DNA of 64,000 nucleotides from Dictyostelium discoideum. Taxonomy: Eukaryota. The DNA lies in contig CM000153.2 of assembly GCA_000004695.1 (NCBI GenBank), forward strand, positions 2,048,001 to 2,112,000. Reading direction: 5' to 3'. How positions within the stretch are numbered: the first letter of the stretch is position 1; every line of letters starts with the position of its first letter. Both the position numbers and the translations under genes were made by a program. This document shows positions 46,330 to 60,600 of this stretch, piece after piece. A model generated the notes under the pieces. The model worked only from the letters and a program-made list of their open reading frames with translations. It had not been told where the DNA came from and ran no database searches.

Positions 46330-47344
46330 AAAAATAGAAATTACTATTTATTAATTTTTTTAATCAATTGACTAATAAAATTTTATATAAAAAAATTAAA
46401 TAAAAAAAAAGATTTAAAAAATTATTATTTTATTTGTTTATTTTATTTTTTTTTTTATATTTTATTTTATTTTTTTATTTTTTTATTTTTTTTTTATGAT
46501 GATACAAATAAAATCTAGATATTTATAAATAAATATATATTTATATAATACTATATACCTTATAAATATATATATATAAAGTAATTTATAATGGTGGGTG
46601 GGGTAATAATTTTTTTTTATTTTTTTTTTGTGCGAGTATGATTTTTATTAATTTTATTTTATTTATTTATTTATTTATTTTTTTTTTTTTTATTTTTTTA
46701 TTTTTTTATTTTTTTATTTTTTTTTATATTTTTTATTGATGAACAAAGAGGAGGGTAAAATAAATTTAATAGTAATGATAATAATAATTATTGAAATATA
46801 AAAATTTAGGGAAACAATTATCTATCTTTTTTTGAGAAAAAAAAAAACAAACTGAATATAATTGATAAAAAAGAATTGAAAAAAACAACTAAATATACAA
46901 ATAAAAAAAAATAATAAAAAATTTTAAAAATTTGTAAAATGATTAAATTTAATTTTGCTTTTCTACATAAAATAATTAAAAATAAATAATTAAGGATTAT
47001 TTAATTTTATATGATAATAATAATTATTATTATTTTTATTATTATTATTTTTATGAGGAGACATATAAAATGTGTGTGTTAGTGGGTATATAATTTTTGA
47101 GTGGGTTTATTTAAAAATTTATATGTATTTAAATAGAATTTAATTTTTTTTTTTTTTTTTTTTTAATTTTTTTTTTTTTTTTTTTTTATATTTTTATTAT
47201 TATATTAAATAAAATAATATAATAAAATACATGTGCTCAAATGAATTAACCCCTCAAAAACATAATAATTGGATAGTTATTTTTTTTTATTTTTTTTTTC
47301 TCTGTGTGTTTGTGTGGGATATCTATTTGTTTATTGTGTGACAA

Positions 47345-47391
<47 letters not shown>

Positions 47392-47495
47392 ACATATAAA
47401 CTATCATCTTTTTATAAAAAATAATAAATTAATAATAATTATATAATCACTATCCAGGGTTTGGGAAAGGGGGGACCCTCTTATTTTAAAAAATG

Positions 47496-47554
<59 letters not shown>

Positions 47555-48065
47555 AATCCAACTTACAAACACACTTAAACCCACATACTCAACATAGTAG
47601 TGTTACTACTTTGTTAGTATGTGTTGTTATTGTTGTTGTTATAATAATAGTTTTCTTTTTATTTTTTATTTTTTTTTTTTTTTTAATTCTTTGTTTTATT
47701 TTTATAGTTTGATGGTAGATATTGGTATACTAAATATATAAAAATTGGATTTTTAACAATACTCAACAATGGTGTTATTTAATCGTTGGATGGGTGGTTT
47801 GGTGTGTTGGTAAGTGGTTACTTTACAAACCACCAATTATTTGGATAAAATTATTATTTTTCATTTGTTCTTTGATTAAATTTTATCACTTTAATTATTT
47901 TAATATACACAACACAATTACACACATACACACACACACACTCACATCCACAACCACACAACCAATTATATACACTCCCTATGTTCTATTGATGTTAAAG
48001 TTAGTTTACAAAAAAATAATTAATTTAATTGGGTGGAGAAAGAAGGAGGGGACACTTTAGTTGCG

Positions 48066-48107
<42 letters not shown>

Positions 48108-49496
48108 GTGTTTAATGTATCTCTGAAGGATAATCTTAATAATGGAAATAAAGTTTTATTTATTTTTATTTTTATTTTTATTTATTTTATTATTTTTTTT
48201 TTTTTTTTTTTTTAAAAATAAAGAAAAACAAAAATAAATAATAATGACAATAATATCAGGGGATGTTTTAATATAAAATATGGTGTGACATTTTGGTGTT
48301 ATTGTTTTGTGATTTAAAATTATTCATCTAAGGAAATTAAGGTTTTGGAAAAAAAAAAAAATTTAAAAAAAAAAAAGCAAAACAAAAAAGCAAATAAAAA
48401 AATTTAGAGATTTATAAAAATACACATAACACATTGCATTTTATTAATAAAATTGTAATTTGCAATTTTTGATGTAATGTTTGTATTTTTTTTAATTTTT
48501 ATTATTTTTTTTATTTTTTTTATTTTCCTGATTTAAATTATTGAAAAAAAAAAAAATAAACAAGATTGTGGTTAAAAAAACAAAAAAAGAATTTTTAAGA
48601 TATCTCTTTGGATTGTCGCTTACTGTGATTTTAAAATCTTTTTTTTTTTTTTTTTTTGGAGTTCATCAATATCATCTTATCTTTTGTAATAGGTTTGATT
48701 TTTTTTTATTTTTATTTATTTTTTTTTTATATTTATTTTTTTTTTTTTTTTATTTTTTATTCTTAATTAATTTTATTTAAAAATTTAAATCTTCATTAAT
48801 GTTTTTGATTTAAATTATTATTTTTTTTTTATTTTTTTTATTTTTTTTTAAAAACTAAAACACACCCAAATTATGGTATTTAATAGATTATCTTAAAACA
48901 TTAATGATGTAACCCCCTTTTAATTTTAAAAAAAATAAAAAAATATATTTGGTAATCAAAATAAAAAAGATTTTAAATATAAAAAAAATTTAAAAAAAAT
49001 CTTTATTTTTTTAAAAAAAAAGACTTTGTGTTGTTATTATTATAAAAAAAAAAAAGATTAAAAAAAGTTTTGTTTTGGAAAAAAAATTTTCCCGCTTTTT
49101 TTTAAAAATTTTTTTTAATAAACAGTTGAAAAAAAACCAGATGATCTCAACCAGACAATGAAAAAAATAAAAAAAAATAAAAAAAAAAAAAATTAATATA
49201 TAACTTTTATGTTCGTATTACTTTTCTTTTTTTTTTTTTTTTATAAAATTTTTTTTATTTTTTATTCTCCCTTTTTTTTTTCTTTTTCAATAAATTAACC
49301 GCCAAATTCATTGGGATATATTTATATATTATATTATTTATTTAATATTTATATTATTTCTTTGTATTTTTAGATTATTAAAATAATAAATAGAAAAAAA
49401 AAAAAAAAAAAAGATACGATTTATCATAATACATAATAATATATACATATAAATTATTTTTTTAAAAAGAAAAAAAAAAAAAAAAAAATAAATTAT

Positions 49497-52400
49497 ATGC
49501 ATGATATCGATGTTGCAATTCAAATAAACATGTTATTTCTTCCACCAACCAATGAATTAATAAGAGTTGATAGCAATTCTAAACAACTCAATCAACCACA
49601 ACAGCAACAACAACAACAACAACAACAAATAAATAATGAAAATGAAAATTCAATAAATAACCAAGAAAATAAAGAAAACAATAATAAAGATAATAATAAT
49701 AATAATAATAAAGAAATTAAACAATCATCAGAATGGGGTTCAAAATTTTCTTCATTATTTTCTAATATGACAAAAAAAAAGAAATCAAACTTTGATCTTG
49801 AAATGGATGCAATTAAGGATGCATGTATGTATTAATTAATTATTTTTTTTATTTTTTTATTTTATTTTTATATTATATTAATAATACCCATTCTTTTTTT
49901 TTTTTTTTTTTTTTAAATAAATAAAAAAACAATATAAAGTTTTATTAAATAAACCAATAAATAATGAAGAAGGTCTTTTAATTTATTCATTAGATAAATC
50001 AAAAAAGTATATTCATTCCCTTAGTGAATTAGATATTGGTTATGTTTATTTAACAGAAAAAGAAACTCCAATAATTAGACAAAATGAAGATGAAGTTATC
50101 TTGGCAAATAAAGTTATAATTCAAGCAAATACAATGAAACGTTTTTCAATTGTAATATTATTAATTATTATTAATTTTATTAAAAATTAAATATTAATTT
50201 TTTTTATTTTTATTTTTTATTTTATTATTTAATAGAAAGGTATTTTACAAAGTGATGTTACAACAAATGCATTAGAAATATTTACAAAGAGAAAAATGTC
50301 ACAAGGTGTATTATTTTTAGAAGAGGATGGATCATTATGTAGAATTTTTTATAAGATTCAGGATTTAATAACTGATACGATCTATTGTAATCAAGATGAT
50401 ACGGTTATGTTACAAAAGTTACCAAATAATGAAGGTATTAGATTTAGATTTAGAGGTAGTTTCAATAGAGAACAAGTTCAACAAGCAATGTTAGCATTTT
50501 CACAACCATCTGATCCTCAAACTTGGAAGAGAACTATCATTCTTAGGGAACAACAACATCATTCCTCTCAATCATTCACTGGTGATAGTGTTGCGAGTAG
50601 ATTCCTTAATAAACTATCAAGTAAGACAAAAGAGGATGAAGAAAGTAATGATTTGAAAACAAAGAGAGAAAATACAGTTTTAAAATTAAAAAATCGTATG
50701 AAAATCGATTGGGATTGGAAATATACCTCTACCTCTGTACCAATTGATCAAGAACCACCAACTTTTATTGATAATATGGTAAATCGTGTTCGTGAAAAAA
50801 TTTCTGGTTCAAATAATAAATTATCAGATTTATTATCATCTGCAAAGAAACAACCACAACAACAACCACAAAAGGATGTTACTTCTTCTTCTTCCTCCTC
50901 CTCAAATTCATCAAGTCCATATTTAGATAGTGTTGATAAATTAGTAATTACAACAAATGATAGTAGTTCTTCAAATCCATTACCAGATTTTGATAAACTT
51001 TCATTATCATCAGATGATAAAGTTAATAATAATAATGTACAAATTGAAAATACTACACCATCAGTTCCACCACCTCCACCTGTTGGTGCTCCACCCCCAC
51101 CACCCCCACCTCCACCTCCACCACCACCACCTCCACCATCAACATTAAAATTAAATCGTAATCGTATAAGTACACCAAAGAAACCAAATAATAGTGGTGG
51201 TGGTGGTGGTGGTGGACAATTAACACCATTACAAAAGAAAATGAGACAACTTCATTGGAATGCAATTCCAAGAGAGAAATTAAAAGAAACATTTTGGGAT
51301 AATTTATCACCAGTTAAAGGTAATGATAATGATCAAACTTTAGTTGAATCTTGGTTTTCATTATCACCAATGGCAAAAGAAAAAATGAGTAAAGAAAATT
51401 TAAATAATAGTAATAATAATAATAATAACAATAGTAATAATAATGGTGAGGAACAATCACTTTCTGATAGTGGTAATACAATAGTAATTTCAAAAATTAT
51501 AATTTTAGATTTAAGAAGATCAAATAATATTTGTATTTTATTATCACAATTTAAATTATCATATGGTGCAATTAAAGAGGCAATTTTATGTTTTGAAGAT
51601 GGTAAATTATCAGTTGAACAATTGATTGCATTGGATGCAATGTTACCAATCTCTGAAGAGGAATATCAATCACTTTCAAGTGCAAACTATCAATCGATTG
51701 AACAACTCGGAAATGCAGAGAGATTCCTCATTGAGATGATGTCCATTCAACACTTACAACAAAGAGTTCAAACTTATCTTTTCAAATTAGAGGTTTGCTC
51801 ATTACTCGATTCAATTGAAATCAATAATAATCAATTATCAAAAGCAATTGAACAGTTGAGAAATAGTCGTAAATTCATTAAAGTTTTAAAAGTTATTTTC
51901 CATATTGGTAGTATTTTAAATCGTGGTACTTATTTAAATTCAACAAAAGGTTTCAAATTGGATTCTCTCTCGAAATTGTCTGAAACTAAATCAAAAGATC
52001 AAAAACATACCGTTGTTGATTTCATTGAAATTTACATTCGTGAGAATCAACCTGAACTTTTAAATTTCTATTCCGAATTGGATTTATTAGATAAAATACC
52101 TCAATCATCATTAGAGAATATTTTAGAGGAATCAAATGAAATTGAAAATAAATTTAAACAAGTTGATCAAGAAATTCAATATCATCAACAACTTTTAACA
52201 AATGATAATAATAATACTTTATCATCATCATCATCATCATCATATGATCAATCTAAAGATACTTATCTTAAAGTTATGTCACCATTTTATGATACTTTTA
52301 ATACTCGTTTCATTACTATTAAACAATCAACTCAACAAACTCTTAAACAATTCCAAGAATGTTGTATTTACTTTGGTGAAGATCCCCAAAATATCACCTC

Positions 52401-52503
52401 AAAAGATTTCTTTTCAAATATTGTTAAATTTTCTATCGCTTTTAAAAGTAGTAGTAATAATGCCAAAAAATCTTTAAATTTATCAACTTTAAATTCTAAA
52501 TAA
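49497..52503 (+). CDS. formin (FH1-FH2 domain protein), about 918 aa
   Basis: Exon 3 50236..52503 contains a poly-proline FH1 (PPPPPVGAPPPPPPPPPPPPPPPPS). The FH2 region includes LHWNAIPREKLKETFWDNL, LSQFKLSYGAIKEAILCFEDGKLSVEQLIALDAMLP, LGNAERFLIEMMSIQHLQQRVQTYLFK, IFHIGSILNRGTYLNSTKGFKLDSLSKLSETKSKDQKHTVVDFI and FKQVDQEIQ. Proposed upstream exons are 49497..49824 (MHDIDVAIQ...MDAIKDA, donor t|gtatgtatt) and 49994..50151 (acceptor tcattag|AT, YKSKKYIHSLSELDIGYVYLTEKETPIIRQNEDEVILANKVIIQANTMKRFSI, donor ATT|gtaatatt). The acceptor of exon 3 is tttaatag|AAAGGT. Joining of exons 1 and 2 is the least certain part. Confidence 0.75.
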
Positions 52504-52598
52504 TAATAATAATAGAAAAAAAAAAAAAATAATAATAAATATATAATTGAAAATCTTCATTGATTTCCAATGATTTAATAAATCTATAGTTTAAAATT

Positions 52599-52632
52599 TT
52601 ATTGTTTGTTTTCTTCATTAATTTTATTATTA

Positions 52633-52670
<38 letters not shown>

Positions 52671-53369
52671 GTTGTCATCATTATTATTATTATTATTTTT
52701 CATTTCACTGATTACTTTTGAATATTCCTCTTCAGAGAATTTTGTTGGTTTTGTAAAGAGTTTTTCAAAATCAAAATTATTTATATTTATAGTTTCATTT
52801 TCTTTATTGTTGTTGATTGTACTAAAAAGTGAATCTAAATCTTCAATTGAAACAGATGATTTATTTTGGTTTTTCATTTTTTGTTCTTGTTTTGTTTGTG
52901 CTTCTTCTAAAAACATTTTAATTGGATTGACTCCACTATCGTTGCCATTATTATTATTCTTATTATTATTATTATTATTATTATTATTGAATGTATCAAT
53001 TTCAATATCTTTAAGGTGTTTCTTTTTTATATAACCATCTTCATCGATAACAACTGAATTTAATAATGTTTCAACAGCTTTCATTTGGTTTATTCTATTG
53101 GCTTTTCTTCTTTGAATTAAGTAATCTAATTCAAGCTTTCTATCAATCATTTTAGCTTGTGCATAATTAAAATCTAATAAATAATTATACCTTTCCAACG
53201 AGACCAATGTTTGTCTTTTAAATTCATCACTTCTTTCTCTAAATTGTCTATCTTGTTCTTTCATAACTTCACTAACCGAAAATGATTTAAAGAAATTGTT
53301 TTTAAAAAATTTTAAAAATCCAATTTGATGTTTTAAAAATGTTTGGAAATTTTTTTGTAAACCTGTCAT
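52599..53369 (-). CDS. hypothetical coiled-coil protein with N-rich C-terminus, 256 aa
   Basis: Single ORF. Non-repetitive N-terminal 120 aa: MTGLQKNFQTFLKHQIGFLKFFKNNFFKSFSVSEVMKEQDRQFRERSDEFKRQTLVSLERYNYLLDFNYAQAKMIDRKLELDYLIQRRKANRINQMKAVETLLNSVVIDEDGYIKKK. No family recognised. Convergent with the formin; the stop codons are about 95 bp apart. Confidence 0.55.
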
Positions 53370-54384
53370 TTTATTATTTATTGCTAATATTTATTTATTT
53401 TATTTTATTTTATTTTATTTTTTTTGTTTAACTGCGTATTTTGAAATAAAAAATTGATAAGAAAAACAAAATTGAAAAAAAAAAGTTAAAAAAAGTTGAA
53501 AAAAAAAAAAATTTGACAAAAAAAAAAAAAAAAAATAGATATTACTGTCAATAAAACAAATGGTAATCATAAGCAAAGATTAAAAATATGTGATTGTTGT
53601 AACTATCTTAAACCTCAGTTATAATATAAAGAAAAATCATATCAATGGTTTTCTCAATTTACATTTTTTTATTTTTTTTTTATTTTTTTTATAATAAAAA
53701 AATTTGACAAAAAAAAAAAAAAAAAAAAATCTGGTGCTTGTGTTAAAAATAAAAAAAAAAAAATTAAAAATAAAATAAAAAAAAATAGAAACATACAATT
53801 CTTATGATTTTAAAAAAAAAGATGTTATTTTTATATCATAAACGATTTTTTTTTTTTTATCTTTGATGTGGTTATATTGGCACATAAACAAAAATACCAC
53901 CTGTGAACTTTAAAAAATAAAATAAAAATGAAATAGAAATTTTTTTTTTTTAACCCTTTTTGCTATAATCTCACAGGATTGAATGCGATTATTGAGTTTG
54001 AATTTGTGTTTTTGTGATTACATTGCACAAGCTGTTTATTTATTTTTTTATTTTTCTTTTTAAAAAAAAAAAAATATTAATATTTTATTTTATTTTATTT
54101 TATTTTCTATTTGTGTTATCACCAATATGAAACACCCCAATTTTTTTTTTTTTTTTTCAAATTAAAAAGAACCACACATTCATCACCATTACCACAAATT
54201 TCCAGATTTCAATGATTCTTTTAAATAGTTTTTTTTTTTTTTTTGTAAAATAATCAATGCTCACTAAAAACATATTTAAAAAAGATATTTTCAGGAAAAA
54301 AAAAAAAAAAAATAATGAAATTAACAAAAAAAAAAGGTTTAATAATTATTTTCAGCATCTAAAAATTAAAAATAACTTTTTTTT

Positions 54385-54421
<37 letters not shown>

Positions 54422-54552
54422 GAAGGGATTTTATTTGTATTTTTAAAACTATAAGAAACCAATCACAAAAAAACCTTATCAGGGGGTAAGAAAAAATTCC
54501 AAATAATATATTATTTTTTATTTTATTTTTTATTTATTTTTTTAATTTTAAA

Positions 54553-54608
<56 letters not shown>

Positions 54609-54760
54609 GGAAAAAAAGGTATTTTATGATTTAGTTAAAAAAAAAAAAAAAAAAAAAAATTAAAATCAAACTAACAAAAATAAATAAAATAATAATAGAA
54701 GAAATTAAATAAAAAAAAAAAATAATAAAAAAAATAAAAAAAAATAATAAAAATAGTAAA

Positions 54761-55650
54761 ATGATTTCCTCATCACCAACATCAACATGCACATATGTAA
54801 ACGAAAAGGGTATGAAATTAAATTTATTTTACAATTTAAATTTCAATTATTTTTAAAATCAATTATTTTAACGCTCTTAAATTTAGAAAATACAATATTA
54901 TCATTATATAATTCAGATAAAAAACAAGAGAATGAGCTTTTTCAAAATCCAATTACATCTCCTTTTAAAGTTTATTTAAATAATAAAGGTTTATTTGGAA
55001 CTGGAAATTCAATTTGTATTGGATCTAACTTTTATATAATTTCTGCTGCTGGACAACAAGTTTTATTAAATAATAGTTTAAATAAAAATATTGATTCCAA
55101 TATAAATTTAAATGATCATTTAAAAATAAATAATAATACAAAGAGTATAAATAGTAATAAAATTAATAAAATTAATGATAATGATAATAATAATAATACA
55201 AACAATGATAATTTTGAAGGATTAAATAATTTAAATAAGGAAATGTTAATATCAGTTGGATCATCTTGCGAACAAATTAAAGTTTTAAAATTATTTGTAA
55301 TTGAATCAGTAAATATTGCAGTTTCCTACTCAATACATAATGTACCATTTGTTACAAACTTTATAAACGAAATTGGAAAAGTTAGAATCAAACAAATTGA
55401 AAGTACTTCCTATTTATATAAAGAAGGTGAAAAAATTAGAAAGAATGGCGTTGGTACCGGTTTCACTCAAGGTATAATCATTAAAAATTTATCACATCTC
55501 TTCATTTCTAAACCAGATTTTGCAAATAATGGTGATTGTGGTTCTTTAGTTGTAAATGATGACGGTTTTGTTTTAGGTGTAATTTTATCAACAAATCAAA
55601 ACCATACAATAATAGCAAAGTTAGAATTATTCAGCTTTTTATTTAAATAA
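54761..55650 (+). CDS. hypothetical protein, possibly trypsin/chymotrypsin-fold-like (GDCGS motif), about 271 aa
   Basis: Exon 1 54761..54809 encodes MISSSPTSTCTYVNEK. The donor is G|gtatgaaatt. A 77-bp intron ends in the acceptor aatttag|AA. Exon 2 54887..55650 continues ENTILSLYNSDKKQENELFQNPITSPFKVYLNNKGLFGTGNSICIGSNFYIISAAGQQVLL...KNGVGTGFTQGIIIKNLSHLFISKPDFANNGDCGSLVVNDDGFVLGVILSTNQNH. The GDCGSLVV plus GVILS pair resembles the nucleophile elbow and S1 pocket of chymotrypsin-like proteases, with Cys in place of Ser. Confidence 0.6.
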
Positions 55651-55670
55651 ATTTATTTCAAAAAATATTA

Positions 55671-55724
55671 GAAATGGAAATGGAAATGGAAATGGAAATG
55701 GAAATGGAAATGGAAATGGAAATG

Positions 55725-55725
<1 letters not shown>
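55671..55725. repeat. (GAAATG)n hexanucleotide tandem repeat, about 9 units
   Basis: Direct reading of gaaatggaaatggaaatg... in the 3' flank of the preceding gene. Confidence 0.95.
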
Positions 55726-55762
<37 letters not shown>

Positions 55763-55968
55763 AATAAATAAATAAAAATAAAGTGTAAATAATATTATTT
55801 TAAATTTATTATTGTATTTATTATTATATTTATAATAATAATAATAATAATAATAGTAATAAATAATGATAATAATACTACAACTACTGCTATTACTATA
55901 TAATATTTTATACTCTCGCCATTTTTTTAATATTTATTTTTAATAATTAATTATTTTAAGTTTTGGTT

Positions 55969-57585
55969 TTAACATTTCCAAATTTTTATACATTTATCAG
56001 TACTACCTGAGAAAAGAAATTCTTTTGAAGATGTTAAACATGAGATTGAAGATTCATGACCTAATAATAGTGAATTTGAAGAGAGAAGAGGATCCCAACC
56101 TTTTATATTTGAGTCCTTTCCACCAGAGAATATCATTCCATTATGAATACATAAACAATTTACCCAATCATTATGTGCATTGTTTAAAAGTCTATTTTGT
56201 TGATATTGATTAAGTAATGAAAATGTACTATTATCCAATGAAGATGAAAGTGATGATGTAGTACTACTTGGAGCAGATGATGATTTGTTATTATTACTAC
56301 TATTATTATTATTGTTATTATTATTGATAATGTTATTATTATTATTTATAATTAAATTACTATTTGAAGGAGTATTTGATAAAATTGGTACAGTTTGCTG
56401 AGCCAATTGTGTTGTTATTAAATTATTACTATTATTTTCACCATTATTATTAATTAAATTATTAATTGAAGAAACATCCCATCTTTTTATAGTTCTATCT
56501 CTTGAACCACTATAGATAACATCATCCAAGACAGCTATTGAAGTTACACCATCATGATGAGGTGGTTGTAATTTTTGAGCTAAAACAAAACTATCACGAT
56601 GGAATAAATTGATGGTATGATCTCTACTACCGGTCACTAGATATTTGGAAGTTACAGACATTGAAAAGATGGTACCAGTATGATGAGGAGTGGTGGTTAA
56701 TGGTGTTTTCAAAGGTTTTTGCATGTGTCTAATATCCCAAACTTTAAAAGTACCATTTTCAAGGCCACTTACAACATAATTGCCATATGTAACCAAACAA
56801 TTTACATCACTTGGTGTTTTGAATATACAAAGATTGGTATTACCAGGTGAACGAATATCCCAAACTTTAACGGTTCTTTCAGCGCCACCACTAAACATAC
56901 AACCACTTGAACCATTGATACATAATGATCTAACGGGTCCAGGACTACTTAAATCCAACATATTATCACCAGTATGTAAATCCCATAGTTTAATGTTTTT
57001 ATCAGATCCACCACTATACAATGTTGATGGATTTTGTTCATCCAATACCAATGTCAATAAACCACCATCATGACCATTGAATGTCCAATTACAACGCATA
57101 AAATTCTCATCTTCTCTATTCATATTTCTCTTTATTGCCATTAAATAATCATCTGTATTCAATTTATCTCTATATTTCTTTAATCTTGAATCTGGTCTTG
57201 GTTGTGATGCTAGTCTTGTAAAAACATCATTATTATTACTATTATTATTATTATTACCGTTATTTGCTAATGCAGTTGCTAAACCACTTTCTAATGATAA
57301 TGAAAGTGGTGATGATTGAAGTGATGTAGTTTTTCTGTGTGGACGTGTTGGTGAACTTGGTGGTTTTTTAATAGTAATATTATTATTACTATTTATATTT
57401 ATAACACTAAAACCATTATTTGATGAATCATTACCAAGAATATCAACATCTAATAAATCTTTATCAAAAACTGAATGATCTAATTTATCATCAGATATTA
57501 AAAGTAAAGGTGAAGAATTATTATTATTATTATTATTATTGGTATTGTTTAATGGAGCAAATGATTTTGGAACTTGTTGTTTATT

Positions 57586-57619
<34 letters not shown>

Positions 57620-60600
57620 GTTGCTGCTGCAGATGTTAAGAATGATGATGCTGATAATGGTTGTGGTGTTGGTGGATTAAAATAATTAATACCACTCATT
57701 GGAGGGTAACCATTCAATAGTTTATTTTTTTCTCTCTTTTCTTTATCTAATTTAATTTCATCTAATAATTGGTCCAACTTCATACCCAAGCTACTTGTGC
57801 TTGGTGAAGTATACTCTTCTGCTAATTCTTGACTTGATGATAATTGTTGTTGTGATGGTAGTATTGGTTGTGATTTTGCTATATTTACATTATTATTATT
57901 ATTATTAATATTATTTTTATTATTACTTTCACTTATTGCCAATTTAATACCCTCTAATAAATCTGATGTACTACTTCTTTGTTCTAATACTTGTTCAGAA
58001 TTTGATTGTTTTTGTTGTTTTTCTTGTTGTTGTTGTTGTGATTGAAGTGGTTGTGGTGGTTGAATATAAAAATGTTGTGATTTTTGATGTTGTTGTTGAG
58101 ATTGTAAAGTTGGTGGTGTTGGAACATTAATAAATTTAATTTGTTGATTCTTTCTATTGATTTCAGCATATTCTATACAAAGTTCAATTGAAGATTGAAT
58201 TAATTTTGGTAATTTATCGAAACTAGTATTTGATACCATTCTAAGTATTTCAGGTGAATCTAAACAATCGTTTGAAATGATTGTTAAATCTTTTTGACTC
58301 TTTAATATTTTTTCATTTTGTAATTTAATATTTGTTTCCAAGAATTGTGATTGTTCATTGTATTCTGATTTCGAGAGTTTTGATGGTACACTTGTGAATG
58401 CTTTCTTTAAATCATTAGCTTGTCTTACAAAGATTTCTTTATTCTTAAATTCCCTTTGTAAAAGTTCTGTCAATTCATTCTTTTCTAAATTCTTTTGAAT
58501 TTGATGAATTAACCATTCTCTCCAATATGGTACATTTATTGATTTTCTATGTAATAATTTTCTATTTAATTGTTCTGTTGTTGGTGTAGATGTAGATGTA
58601 GAAGTGGTTGTATTATTTGTTGCTGATGTTGAAGTAGTGCTAGTATTAGTAGATGATGACGATGATGATGATGATGATGAATTTGCAGAAGATGCAGAAG
58701 ATGCAGTTGAACCATTTGATGACTTTACACTACCACTACTATTATTATTATTATTATTTGATGGTATAGATTTACTATTAATTGGTTGAATTACTCTTTG
58801 TTTATGAACTTCTATTTCTTTTAATTTCTTTTTATAAGATTCAGATTCATCAGTTTTCTTTTGTAATAATAGATCTTTCTTTTTAGATTGATTTTTAAGT
58901 TGATCAATGATTACTTCAGTTTTTCTAGCTTCACGTTTAAGTGCATCCAATTCTTTAGCTTGAGTTTGTTTTGCATCATCTCGTTTCTTTAATTCATCTC
59001 TCATCTTTTTCAAAAGATCAGATTTTTGTCTCTTTGTATCTTTAATGTCTTGTTGAAGTGAATCGATTTTCTCTTCACTCTTTCTCTTTAAATCCAATAA
59101 ACGTTGATAATCTTTTTTATTTGAACCTGCATGTTGATCCAATTGTTGTTTTAATTCATTCAATTTCTTTTCATAATGTTGAGTTAATCTTAATTTCTCA
59201 TCTTCATAGTATTGATCTTTATCTTTATTATCTTTATCTTTATCCTTATCCTTATCCAATTCTTTTAAGGCTTGATCTTTTTCAACTGTTACTTCTTCCA
59301 ATTGTGATTGTAATTCCTTAACTTTTTGATCAAATTGTTCTTTCATTTGTTGATATTGTTGTTTAGTTTTACTTATTAATTCTAATTCCTCTTCTTTTTC
59401 TGAAATATATTGATTTAAATCTGATAGTTCTTCACTATCATTTTCAAATAATTCAATACCTTCACTTGAATTATTATTATTATTATTATTATTATTGATT
59501 GATTCAAGTTTACCACCTGGTAATAAATTATCTTCAGCCATTGGTAATAATGAATTTGAATTTATAATAACATTTGATGATGAAATTTGAGTTGAAACAG
59601 CTGCCATCATTGGTGTAATTGGCGAAATGGTTGGTTGATTCAATACTGAATTAAATTGTTCGAATAATTCATTAAAATAAGTTTGATCCTTATTTGGTGA
59701 GAAATTATTTATAAAATTTTGTGAAATCTCCTCCAATTGTCTACTTCTATTGGCTAATGCTTTATATTTACTTGTTATCTTATTTGAAATATCTTGAAGC
59801 ATATTATTCTCAAATTCCAATTGTGATACTTTCATACCTAAATCAAATATCTCCTTTTCTTTCTCTTTACTTAAATTTGTAACTATTACTGATGTTGGTG
59901 ATGGTGTTGCTGTATTATTAGTAATTGATGGTGTTGTTGTCAATGATGATGATGATGATGACGACGATGATGACGATGATGATGATGAAATATTTCTAGA
60001 ATTATTCATTTTCACAATTGAAGATTTACTACTATTTGTTGGTGGTAATGAAGAAGATGATGGTGTTCTACTAAATCCACTATTATTTCCACCAACATTT
60101 AATTTATTATTATTACTATTATTATTATTATTACTACTACTATTATTATTATTATTATTTGTTAAAGTTGGTGTTGATAAAGGTGGAGCAGGTGGTATTG
60201 AAACCGTTGGTATTGAAGCTAAAATTGAATTTATATCGCCAATATCCCTACATGTACACTTTTCTAATAATTCTTTTAATGTTTGAATTTGTGTTTTATA
60301 TGTAAGAATTTGTTGTGTAACTGGATCTATATTTACAACTGGTTTATTCATAATATTTCTAGCTCTATATGCATATTTTAATGTCTAAATAAATAAAAAA
60401 AGATTGGTTAATACACACCTAATTGTATATAAATAATATTTGCTGTTTGGTTTATTTACATTTAAAGTTTCTTCAAAATTTGAATCGGCAGGACTAACAC
60501 ATGCAATCATTAAAGTTTTTGAGTTACCACCTAATGATGATTGGAGCATACGTGTTAATTTTGAATCTCTATATGGGATATGTTTTGGTTTAGTTGTTGC

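Noticed and set aside
49939-49993. Exon 2 of the formin starting at ataaag|GTT (49939)
   Set aside because: There is no phase-compatible GT donor at the end of exon 1. Only the downstream acceptor at 49993 gives an in-frame junction. The alternative is kept in findings.
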